A DNA stretch of 64,000 nucleotides from Octopus vulgaris (Eukaryota). A model generated the notes under the pieces. That model was not told where the DNA came from, ran no database searches, and saw nothing but the letters and a program-made list of their open reading frames with translations. Position 1 is the first letter of the stretch; every line of letters starts with the position of its first letter. Location of the stretch: contig OX597817.1 of NCBI GenBank assembly GCA_951406725.2, positions 102,486,001 through 102,550,000 of the forward strand, read 5' to 3'. A program made the position numbers and the translations under genes. Positions 1-11,636 of the stretch are shown here, in pieces.

Positions 1-494
1 ATAGTCGCCTTTATAATTAGCATATTTTTATGTGACCTGAAAGAGAGGGGCAGTCGGCCCCAGTTTTATGCTCCACTGACAGAAAATATAAATTCCCTAA
101 GATTCTCTATTCCAACAAACAGTCCCCAGAACTATAAACTCTACCTTGAGATTATATCTGCTCACTTAACGATAATTTAATGACATGCACTGTTGTATGC
201 GAAACGAAGAATAATTCAAGACATACACATATATGTGTGTGGGTGTGTGCACGTGTGCGCGCGTTCATGTACAAGTGTGTGTGTGTATGTGTGTGTTTGC
301 ATGTGTGTGTATAAATGCTACCCACTATCTTACAGATAGTGTTTTGCCAGTGACATGCGCTTTTATGTGTAGTGATTTAATGGTATATCTATATGTGTGT
401 GGGTGTGTGTATACATACATATATGTGTGTGTGTGTGTGTGTGTGTGTTTGGATGGATGGATGTGTTCGGTAATAAAACATATACCAAAGAACA

Positions 495-1640
495 GATGAG
501 CAAATCATAATTTGTGATAGCGAGATATTCCCCAGCAAAAGAGTTCAACAAATTTTCAGTAAATAAGGAAATTGCCATCATGGTTTTTAAAGACAAAAAA
601 ACCCCCAGATAACTGATTTACAGAAGACCATCAGCCATGTGACGATACATATTGCTTGCAAACAAGCCACTCACTATACGACTTACCAACAAAAAGTGAA
701 AATAGAAATGATGTTTGAGGTAGCAAAAAGAGAATTGCAAACTGATCGCCCTCAAGCAGGAGCTAAAAGCTGTCAGTAAGAAGCTCCGACATCAGAGGAG
801 AATAACCGAAAGAAAGGCAAATAAATAGAAAATTCACCCGGAATCAAGCATCAGTGTACAGAGCCATGAGAGGGGAAACAGTAAATATTACAGAGGCCCC
901 TGCACGAAAAGCCATAGACTCCTTCTGGAGTAAAATCTGGAATGAAGAGATAGAGGTTAACCGAAATGTTTTGTGTCTGAAGAAATTCGAAGTAGTTATT
1001 GTCCATGCATTACACCTAGGACATACAACGGGAAATATCAACCAAATACCTGATGCACAAAAGGGACAGAGCCGTAGGAAAAATACCAACATGTGATAAC
1101 CGATGCAGATTTTGCGGAGTTAACATCGATGATACCACCCACATCATAAGCAATTGTCCATAAATGTTATCGCGGTATTATCAACCGATGAAACATGATG
1201 TAGCCAAGACATTGTATAATGAGATCCGTCGGAAGATAATCCTGAGGCCAAAGAGATAAGAAGCCACAGTATGGTATAGGCCATAGATACTCATAAGAAA
1301 GAGTGTTGATGGAAAATCCCAATGAAAATCTCAATAAAAAGTAAACATAATAGACCAAGCGTAGCTTTTGAGACTGAGAAGAGAAACTGTATAATATTGG
1401 AAATCAGCTGCCCAGCGGATGTTAACATAAAGCTAATGATCAGCGAAAAGGAAAATAACTTCTCTGAACTACTGAGAAATTTGCAGTTACTCTACCCAGA
1501 TTACAAGTTATCAAGGCACTGGGATAAGTAACATATTACCTAAATACCAATCTTGAGAAATTAAGCTTCTCAAATACCAGAAAAGAAACCTGATTCGAAG
1601 ACTTCAGATCCAAGCCATCAATGGAACTGTAAAATTTTGT
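495..1640 (+). mobile_element. Degenerate, internally deleted non-LTR retrotransposon with restriction-like endonuclease (R4/Dong/NeSL-like)
   Basis: Broken frames give FWSKIWN (RT N-terminal region), HDVAKTLY near 1195, and HNRP..CIILEISCPADVNI..EKENNF..L (ORF 1322-1531), which resembles a PD-(D/E)xK RLE domain. Many stops and frameshifts. Confidence 0.7.
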
Positions 1641-2068
1641 AATACTTTCCAGAAGTTTACTATTTAAGTATGTATGTCTAGATATGCAACAATACGCATG
1701 GAAATACATACATAAAACAAAACATACAAAACTACACATGCACTGAATCCAAATGCTGCACATATATACACATACTTATAAAAATACCGTTGAGGTTGAA
1801 GGAACCTTGGATCTGGGTTAGAAACCGACTCTTTTTCTATTGCAAAAAATCTTGAAATAAAACTGAATATTGACATACATACATACTTAAATACGTATAT
1901 GACTACTCCAATAATAATATCTAAATGAAAGATCCTTGTTTCTAAGCCAGAAAAAGCCTCTCACAATAAAATCGGGAAAATATGCATGCATACTTACACA
2001 CATGTACGAACTTGCATACACACATGAATACATACATACACATATACTCAAACTTGCATTCACTCTCA

Positions 2069-2073
<5 letters not shown>

Positions 2074-2126
<53 letters not shown>
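2074..2126. repeat. (CT)n microsatellite
   Basis: Direct reading. Confidence 0.95.
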
Positions 2127-2131
<5 letters not shown>

Positions 2132-2489
2132 GAAAAGGAATGTTTATCCTATTGTAGTATTATTTGTCGACGGATTACAAATTTTCTCTCACAGAAACCC
2201 TACACGCATTCTCTTGCACTTCCGACACTCTCCGAGTTGGCATCTCAATGAAAAGCAACTTTGAATATAGCAATCGAGAGTCCAGAGGAAATAATAAGTT
2301 TGAGAAACGCTGTTTTCACGACATTGTTACATCACCAATGAAAAACTCGTCAAATCTCCATTTGCAAATATAGCGACTGAAAAGGATGACAGTATGTTTT
2401 TGTAAGCAGTGAATAGCCGGAACAGGAAATTGCATTCTTTAATGAAGCACAACTGCTATTGAGGAAAGCTATCACCAAATTTATCACCA

Positions 2490-2516
2490 GCAGCAACAAT
2501 AACTACTACTACTACA

Positions 2517-2548
<32 letters not shown>

Positions 2549-2578
2549 CACCACACCACCACCACCACCACCACCACC

Positions 2579-2642
<64 letters not shown>
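2490..2642. repeat. Compound trinucleotide microsatellite (CTA)n/(CAC)n
   Basis: Direct reading. Confidence 0.95.
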
Positions 2643-2643
<1 letters not shown>

Positions 2644-3237
2644 ATATTTTTATGCCAGTTGAGTGTGTTTCAGTATATGCGTTTGATTGTATGTGTGTAT
2701 ATGAATGTGAACAGCTTAAGGAAGATTATACCGGTTTGTATATGAAACAAAGATACGAGAAGCATTTCTGCTTCGAGGGAAACAGACAGAAGCAAAGAGT
2801 AATGTTGTTGTTTAAAGAGCGAAAGGAGGAGAACTGGGACTATGAAGATATGAGGAAATTTTGGAGAAGGATGTGTTTGAAAGAGAAACAAGGAGGTAGA
2901 GAAAGAGTGGACGCACATGCATGTATATTGAAAATATGGGTTTATGACTATAAGCAAATAGTGTAAAAACCGAAATATCGATATCCTGACTGGGATTCGG
3001 AGTGAGTTGTCTCGCCCATCTATGACTTTCAGGCATTTTAAAACCTGGCGCTTTGAAGGATTCATCCCCACCGCACTAAGCAGGTTACCGGCGAACAAGC
3101 AAAGTACATACATTGAGTATATGCAATCGATAATATTTGTAACGCTAGCGCTGCTTTTAATTCATATTTAAATTTATTCTTACGTATGCAACATCGTGGT
3201 TTACCAGCAAATGACTTTTACACACACACACACACAC

Positions 3238-3310
<73 letters not shown>

Positions 3311-4117
3311 TTTAGGAATGTGTTGAGAGAGTGTGTGAGCAAATCAGAGAAAAGAGAAGGGAAAAGTAATTAATCCTTGGATAGCAAAGAATTGACACCT
3401 TGAAAAGTGAGCTCATATACAGAGATTGATTCTGAGGAATCTTCGACTAACCGAAGAAAAAACAGAAAAATCAACGCAAGATGCAATAAGCTAGTTACAT
3501 ACAAGATATTGAAAATAAAATGCAAACTCGACATAAATCAAGTGAGTTGCTGTCGGACGGAGCAAAAAGGGAGATTTTATTGTCATTGTAAATTGAAAAT
3601 ATTCAACTCTATCTAGTTTGGAACAGGAAACAAATTTCTTGACTAAAACAAATCTGGCTATGTGAACATAACCAAAGAAGGATTTGAGAGCTCTTTTACT
3701 AGACGTCTACTCCCCCATCCCAGTATGTGCCCCCAATCGCCAATGAGTAACTTCTATAAGATGCTTGGGTCCAGTTCGAAATTTTGGTCTCTCAGAAAAG
3801 TCCAGGAGTTAGTGAAAAAGATATGAGATCGAAAATTGTCTCACATAACAACAGAGTCTCGTTCGAAATTTACACTCACTTCACCGGCGCCCTTGCTATG
3901 TCTGTAAATCTATTGCAGCGAATTTGAATCGAAAACATCGCAATGTAGGTCTAATATAGGAACAGAAGGCGTAATATATAAAGATCGATGTATAGAGAGC
4001 TGAAAGTTTGTATGGAGATACATCTTTTGACTAAGCTCACATACTCTATGACATTTCCTGGAATTTGATATTGTAACCTATGACGGAAGAAACCCAACCA
4101 TTTTGCATAGCTTCAAA

Positions 4118-4400
4118 CAGGTGTTACCAACTACCGGGCCGCACAGAAAGAATGAAATGGAAAATTTTATTTCTATTTTATAAACAAACGATCTGCAGGG
4201 TGTCTTTGCATGTAAAATATACGTAATATATATGTAAAATATTCGCAATATATATGTATTATACAATGTAATAATTTAATTAAATATTATGCATTTTATT
4301 ATATTTTGTTAATGCTCGTGATGCCCCGGTCCGTGGAAAAACTGTCTTGCATAACACCAGTCCGAGGTGCAAAAAAAAAAAGGGGGTGTTGGGAACGCTG
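4118..4400. mobile_element. Probable hAT/Charlie-like (MER1-like) MITE
   Basis: Ends CAGGTGTTACCAAC...GTTGGGAACGCTG form imperfect TIRs. Internal GGGCCGCACAG and GGTCCGTGGAAAAA..GTCTTGCAT motifs resemble MER1-type elements. No clear TSD. Confidence 0.5.
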
Positions 4401-5138
4401 CCATGTATTATTAAATTATTTTGAAAAGAAAATGTATATTTTCCCAGAAAACAAAGGGCTGAATAGAATTTCATTTTTGGTTTTATATTTGTTTACTTTA
4501 TGCACATTTTTAGGAATCACAGTTTTAATCATCTTTTAAATCAAAAGGGTGCCACAGTTCACTCGAAGGAATCATATTTCTGGACCAACTGATAATTGCC
4601 AACATCTTTTTTAAAGCAATTCATCCCAAATATAGAGAACTCACGTGATGGTATTTATTTTAGTTATTTACGTAGCCGGACAAGTGTGGATGCTATAGCT
4701 AGTATATATCGACGTTTGTAAGAATTAGCATATAATCCAGTTAGGCTTGACTAGAGAATATATTTGTATTGTAGATGTAACTGTGGATAAGATAGACAGA
4801 ATACAGAAAAAAAGGCGCTTAGTAACTGGATAAATGTAAGGATTTTCTTTTATCTGTTTATTTCCTTCTAAATGTGTCGATGCAATGGAAATTGTTTCAA
4901 GATATCCTTCTTTCACTGCCAGACATGTCTGTTCGAATCGTGTCAGCTGTCAGAAATGCAAGTCGGATCGTGTGTTTAGACAGGCCACGTTTATAATGAT
5001 TGTTGATACCTGAGTATGTTCCTTACACCTCCATTGACTCTAACACACACACACACACACGCGCACACACACACACACACACACGCGCACACACACACGT
5101 ATTCACATTCTATCGTTATTTATATGTGTGTATAAATG

Positions 5139-5188
<50 letters not shown>

Positions 5189-6595
5189 TGTATGTATATA
5201 TATATGTATGTATGTATGCATTCCCTCTTTCAATATACCTATGTCTCTATTCTGCTCTCTCCCTCTCTCCCTCACATGATGAACACAAAATCAAACAAAA
5301 TAATACAAATAAAGAAAACGTTAGATACATAGGAGAGAGGGGGAGAGAGAAAGAGAGGACGGGAGGGATAGTGTGAAAGAAAGACGTAGGACGAAATGCA
5401 ATGACAGGAAAGAAAGAAAAGAAAGAATGCAGGAATTAGATACGACATCGTGACAGCTGATGTCATTTTTTGCAAATTAACAAAAACAAAAACAAAGTTG
5501 CTTGTATATAATATATTTGAAGCACTGAGGGGAGAGGTCACGACATGCATGTCATCTTTAATCAATAGACTGTCAACGAACACCTTTAAGTTAAGTAATG
5601 ATGATCAGTGAGATTTGTATAATCAATCCTAAGAGCAGAATCAATATAGGAACAAAATGAAATATAGCTAATATCTAATATTAGATATTATATAAAGATT
5701 CACTACTGTTGCACCGTTTTTATGTGGAGGATATAGAACCTTTGGACTACTTATCTGTACCTAAGTTCTACTGGATAGGTATGATGTATTACTATAACTG
5801 AAGACAGCAGGAATCTTGTATATTTGACGGGTTTTGTTTTGTTGAGATTAGATCTTACCATAGACAATGAGACACATTAATAATAGCTGTATTTTAGTAG
5901 ATCCATTAATGGATGCATTTAATTAGGAAGTAAATCTCACTACCGCAGACAGGAAATAAATAGTCATACTATTATTGGCTGAATGCTGTTTGAAAACTCG
6001 AACATGTTGTTTGCTGAATATACGTACTAGGAAGTGAAGCATTTGACTTTCACATACATGAAACAGGATATCAAACTATGATTAAATCAATGAATTCTGT
6101 ATGTTGTTTGCAAGCTCATACAAGTTGTATAGTTTTGAATATACGTACAACTTGTGTTGTTTGGATATATATGTTCTATCGTATGACAATACATGTTACT
6201 TAGTGGTTTGAATACATATGTTGGCTGTGTTGTTTACGTATAGATTCGAGTTGTGTTGTCTTTCTCCAAATTCATATTAGCCCTGCTATTTGTCAACATT
6301 TTTTCTGCGTCTCAATACACTCCATATATATTTTTTTACTTCTACTTTTATTTGTTTTAGTCATTTGACTGTGGCCATGCTGGAGCACTGCTTTCAAGGG
6401 CTTTAGTCGAACGCATCGACACCAGGATTCATTTTTAAAGCCTAGTACTTATTCTATCGGTTTCATTTGCCGAGCCGTTAAGTTACGGGGACGTAAATAC
6501 ACCAGCACCGGTTGCCAAGCGGTGTTGGGTGGACAAACACAGACACAAAGATACATACACACATAAATACATACATACATATATATATTATATAT

Positions 6596-6678
<83 letters not shown>

Positions 6679-6810
6679 TGGTAATGGTGTCATTGAGACC
6701 CAAAGGTGTCAGGTAATGCTGGATAAGTGCTATAGACAGACCATAGTTAAGTTCCAGGTTCGGTGATTTTGCAAATAAGGGGTTCAACGTTGGTCATATG
6801 TCAGCGTGTG

Positions 6811-7356
6811 TATATAAGAATTTTTTTGTGTAATGAGATAAAAAAAACCAAGGCTGTGTAGATATTAGAACATTTATAGATAGAATATCTTATAGCCGTT
6901 TCCAGAATAGTTATTAATTATATCCCTTCATCGGAGATGGTGTGAGAGGATGGTTAAGTAATAGTTAATTTAGATAGGATACAAAATAGAGAGTGAGGTG
7001 GAGGAAAGAAAATAGATGTGAGATATGTAGGGATATTGAATTTGTAGACACATTTTTTAGGCAGAATGGTATATGTAAGATTCCAATACCTTATGAGTAA
7101 AATCCAACAGTAATTAAATTGGATCTACAAATTCGATATCCCTACATATCTCACATCTATTTTCTTTCCTCCACCTCACTCTCTATTTTGTATCCTATCT
7201 AAATTAACTATTACTTAACCATCCTCTCACACCATCTCCGATGAAGGGATATAATTAATAAATATCCTGGAAACAACTGTAAGACCTATCTATAAATGTT
7301 ATAATATCTGCACAGCCTTGGTTTTTTATTTCATTACGCAAAAAATTCTTATGTAT
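6811..7356. repeat. Long inverted repeat (arms about 6811-7049 and 7124-7356) made of a PLE 3' terminal repeat
   Basis: Arms are reverse complements, e.g. GAGAGTGAGGTGGAGGAAAGAAAATAGATGTG vs CACATCTATTTTCTTTCCTCCACCTCACTCTC. The same family occurs as a single copy at 16785-17025. Confidence 0.9.
7235..7284 (+). ncRNA. Type I hammerhead ribozyme-like motif with variant CCGAUGA core; mirror copy at 6888-6937 on minus
   Basis: TCT-CCGATGA-A-GGGATAT..ATATCCT-G-GAAAC-AACT-GTA-AGA: short stem I, stem II, GAAA and GUA triplet. Confidence 0.6.
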
Positions 7357-7989
7357 ATATATACAGCGGGCTTTTTTAAGTTTCCGCCTACTAAATCTAC
7401 TCAGAAGGCTTTGGTCAGCCCGAAGTTATTTAAGAAGACACTTGCCCAAGGTGCCATGCAGTGGGACTGAAGCCCAAACCATGCAGTTGGGAAGCAAGCT
7501 TCTTACCACACAGCCACGCCTGCACCTATATTGTATATGTATATGAATTATTGGTTTCTACTTTTGTTTCAAAAGGTTTTATTCAGTTAAGGTACACAAA
7601 AATATACACTTCGAGGGAGTGCACCATCGATTCTATTCACCCAGCATTTGGCTGATACTATATCTTATTTAGCTTGGAAGGATGGAAAGTAAAGCTAACC
7701 ACGATGGGAGTTGAATTCAGAAGGCAAAAGGCCATAACTAAAAATGCAAGGCATCCAGCCAGCAGTGTACATAGGTGAAACATTATGTTGCTTTAAAGGA
7801 GAACACTCTGCTATGATTGTAGATAACTATTCTTCATTACAGTATAGTGAGTTGTAGTAGGCTTTTTGTATAGTAACAGAATTTAGTAAAATTGTAATAT
7901 TGTGTAATATATTAGTGTATGATATCAGTGTAGTGTATTGTATGAAAATGCATTTGGTTGTAATATAGTCTAGTATGCAATATAGTATG

Positions 7990-8344
7990 TTGAAGGTGTA
8001 CAAAGCAGTTCTACTGCCTACACTACTGTATGCCTGCGAAACTTGGACGGTTTATGAACACCAAGCCAAATGACTAAACCTGAGTAGAGCGCAGGCCAGG
8101 TGGGCAGGCCACCTTCTCCGAATAACCAACACACTACCACCCAAAAGACTGTTTTACAGTGAAGTAGCAGAAGGCAAGCACACTCAGGGTGGGCAGAAAA
8201 AGCGCTCCAAAGATACACTCAAAGCTTCACTGAAGTGCTTTCAGATCAACACCGACACATGGGAAATGCAAGCACAGGACGCCTTGCCTGGCATAGCTGC
8301 TCGAACAGAAGTGTCACTTCCTACGAACAGGATAGAATCGCAGG

Positions 8345-8425
<81 letters not shown>

Positions 8426-8600
8426 ACACAAACGTAAGCTGCGCAAATCCAGAGCCAACTTCTTGCCTTCATTCCTAGCAGGCCACCAGAATCTTCCGAG
8501 CGCGCGTCGATCTGATTGGCCACAGCCGGACGCACCGTGACTCATTTTCTTCTCCCATGTGATGTATTTGGTCATCGTCGACAATGACGAACGAACATTA
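7990..8600 (+). mobile_element. RTE-clade LINE 3' fragment with internal (CA)n
   Basis: Encodes KVYKAVLLPTLLYACETWTVY and a RWAGH-like motif typical of the RTE C-terminal region. Confidence 0.75.
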
Positions 8601-8890
8601 TTAGTATGTGACACAATATATTGTAGTAATGAAATGGGATAGGATGTGAAATAGTGTAGCGTAGTTGCTTAGAATTATAGTGTGGTGTCGCGAATTGTAG
8701 TTATGTAAAAGTGAAATCTATTGTTTATCCAAACGGATGTTAGTTTACGTATGTGACAAGCAAATATTTGATCATGAGTTTGCATAAAGTAAAGGTTAAT
8801 GTTGAATAATAGGGTAAGTTATTATCCTATTATTCAGCATTAACTGTTTTATCTGTTTCTGACACCTAGCATACAGACAGCAAACAAGTA

Positions 8891-9237
8891 TAGGTATACC
8901 TCAACTGACGTCGGTAATTGGTTCTAAAACATGCGACTTAAATCGAAAAACGACGTAACTCGAAAAAATAGTTTTAAAATATTTATTAGCTTCTATCTGT
9001 TTTACTACAGGATTTGCACATATTTCCACAAGTCCTTTATTTGATTTTCCACTTCAGTGTTGGTTTTTAGGTGTTTATTTTAAATTTTTATGCTTTGAAA
9101 TGTTCGCTGAGGCCAATGTAAAGTCAGATGAATTGGCTGAAGTAAAGGTTTATATATTTTCCATCAATTTCTGTAAAAGAAGGACATAAAGTTGAAAAAA
9201 GACGTAACTCAAAACGACATAAGTTTAGGTATTTCTG
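8891..9237. mobile_element. Tc1/mariner-Tigger-like MITE
   Basis: TA-flanked imperfect TIRs TAGGTATACCTCAACTGACGTCG / CGACATAAGTTTAGGTATTTCTG, with subterminal GACGTAACTC repeats. Confidence 0.6.
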
Positions 9238-9909
9238 TATTCAATTTTCTAATAAGCTTCCATGGGTAAATGTTTCCAAACGTTTTGAAGCTTGTTTTTA
9301 AAGGTCATTCTTTGTCTACGATTATAATTTTAAAAAATACAGGTTTACTATGGAGTTTCGGTAACGAATGTGCAATGTTATACGGTAACCAGCCAGAACC
9401 TTAGCTGCAGCATAGCTCAACGACTTTCTTTCCCGATAACTTTCGATATTTTTAATGAAATTTTCTACAAATACGCTTCAAATGGCACAGATTACAATTA
9501 TAACAGAATTTGTTGTGAAAGAAAATTTTCGAAAACAATGTAATGTGTGTCCGTATGCATGTGTCCGTCCAACCAGTTTCTATTTTCATATTAAATTCCA
9601 ATATAATCATAATATACACACTCCGAAAGGTAATTATCGAAATTTTCATATCAAAATATCCATTTTCCCGAAAATTATGAAGAAACAAAACCGACACGTG
9701 ATAATTTTCTAAAACTCCTCTCCCGATTAAAAAAAAAAAAATCAGATATTATCAGAATGTACATCATCCGAAGCGTATTTGTCTAAAGCTTTCATGAAGA
9801 AGCATCTATTTTTCTGTAAGTTATGAGGAAACAAAATCGGTGGAGTACATTTGTGTATGCATGCCCATTGCTTTAATGTCAGTAATACTAAGATTAAATT
9901 GCTATTATA

Positions 9910-11181
9910 TCAGGCTGAGTAAAAAGTAAGCAACGTTTTGAAACATGAGATTCATCACAATATATTTCAACAATGCGGGAATTTTATTCATCAAATTAAG
10001 TACCATTGCAAGCAACACATTTTTGTCAACGAGTTACAAGTTTGTTTATTCCAGTAACATAAAAATCTGGAGTTCTGGAGCTGAGAAACTCTTTGAACGT
10101 ACTTTCAGCGTTGGTATGATTTTTGAACTCCTTCTCTCGCAGGAAACCATCAAGTTGCTTGAAAAAGTGGTAGTCCGTAGGAGAAAGGTCTAGGGAATAA
10201 GCTGGGTGGGGAAGAAATTCGTAACAAAGTTCCCTCAACTTCTGGAGCGTCATTAGTGAAATATGTGGTCGAGCATTGTCATTAAGAATGGCTGGCTCTC
10301 TTCTATTGACCAGTCTGGGACGGAAAAGTAGCAGTTTTTCGTTCATTTTGGCAATTTCATGGCAATGTTTCTGCAGTAATGGTTTTTTCAGGTTTTAAAA
10401 AGTTATAGTGGATAAGTCCAGCAGTACACCACCAAACAGTCACCATAACCTTCTTTTTGAAGGGCTCGGGTTTAGTTAAGTTTTCGGTGCTTCATTTTGG
10501 TCCAACCATTGCGAAGAACGTTTTTGTTATTGTACAGAATCCATTTTTCATCGTAAGTTATTATACAGTCGAGAAATGGATCAGTCTGGTTACGGAGAAG
10601 AAACGACGAGCAAATTTCGTATCTGCGCATTTTCTGATTTTCATTCAAATTGTTTGGTACCCGTTTGTCGAGCTTTTTTGATTTTCCGATCGCATGCAAA
10701 TGGTTGCAGGCAGTTTTCTGGCTAACTTGAAGTTCTTTTGTTAGTTCTCGAGTGGTTTTACGCAGATCTTTCGCAATGACGATCGTTATTTGACTGTCAT
10801 CGATGACAGATTGGCGTCCACTATGCTCACGATCTTCAAGGCTCAGGTCTCCATTGCGAAATCGTTTAAACCATTTTCGAGCTGACCACTCACTGGTCAT
10901 TTCCTCGCCAAACGTTTCGTTGATATCGCGAGCAATTTCAGCTGCTTTACGTCCTTTTTTGAAGTTGAATTGCAAAATTGCTCGAATATCGCGTTTTGAC
11001 ACTTCCACATCAGATGATTGTACATCGGGGAAAAATATCAATGCTAATTTTTGATGCATTTGAGCAAGACTATATCTATTATAAGACAATTACAAAAAAT
11101 GTTTTTAAAAAATCAAAACTGCAAAAATCCGGTACAAATTCTTCATGGTTCAAAACGTTGCTTACATTTTACTGAACCTGA
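9910..11181 (-). mobile_element. Full-length mariner (DD34D) transposon with disrupted transposase
   Basis: About 33-bp TIRs (TCAGGCTGAGTAAAAAGTAAGCAACGTTTTGAA / TTCAAAACGTTGCTTACATTTTACTGAACCTGA) flanked by TA; length about 1.27 kb. Confidence 0.95.
10026..11089 (-). pseudogene. Mariner transposase pseudogene (frameshifted)
   Basis: ORFs 11089-10472 (HTH region WFKRFRNGD, ITYDEKW) and 10346-10026 (NDNARPH, HPAYSLDLSPTDYHFF). Confidence 0.92.
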
Positions 11182-11308
11182 TATATCTACTTATCAAGTT
11201 GCTTCGCTTCACTTTCAATTCATATATAACAATATTTAATGATATAACCGCATGTTATATATAAAGCAAAGAATATACTTCTTCCGTTCGATTTGCACTA
11301 AAAATATG

Positions 11309-11636
11309 AGTGAGATGGGCTCAGTTTTTAATTATACATAAACGTGTATAGGATAACGTTATAAACAAAGATATTGTGCTTAGTAACGAATGCTAAGTGT
11401 ATTAAAACGGCATAGTAGTGAGATGGGCTCAGTTTTTAATTATACATAAACGTGTATAGGATAACGTTATAAACAAAGATATTGTGCTTAGTAACGAATG
11501 CTAAGTGTATTAAAACGGCATAGTAGTGAGATGGGCTCAGTTTTTAATTATACATAAACGTGTATAGGATAACGTTATAAACAAAGATATTGTGCTTAGT
11601 AACGAATGCTAAGTGTATTAAAACGGCATAGTAGTG
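11309..11636. repeat. Three identical tandem copies of a 108-bp unit
   Basis: Unit AGTGAGATGGGCTCAG...AAAACGGCATAGT starts at 11309, 11417 and 11525. Confidence 0.95.

Larger units (their letters stand above)
6345..7530 (-). mobile_element. tRNA-derived SINE (head 7365-7530, tail 6345-6545) split at its central microsatellite by a PLE-derived insertion
   Basis: Minus strand of the head reads GGCGTGGCTGTGTGGTAAG (A box) ... TTCAGTCCC (B-box-like) ... CCTTGGGCAAGT (CORE-like). An uninterrupted copy with both halves is at 31085-31405. Confidence 0.8.

Noticed and set aside
2185-2400. Possible host exon (CAG...GTATGT)
   Set aside because: No recognisable protein motif; splice-like words are expected by chance
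4670-4703. Helitron 3' end (hairpin followed by CTAG-T)
   Set aside because: Hairpin is poor and no 5' TC end or helicase remnant was identified
7440-7530. tRNA gene
   Set aside because: A- and B-box-like motifs belong to a multi-copy SINE head; no cloverleaf
11309-11636. CRISPR-like array
   Set aside because: Units are contiguous and identical with no spacers; eukaryotic context and no cas genes
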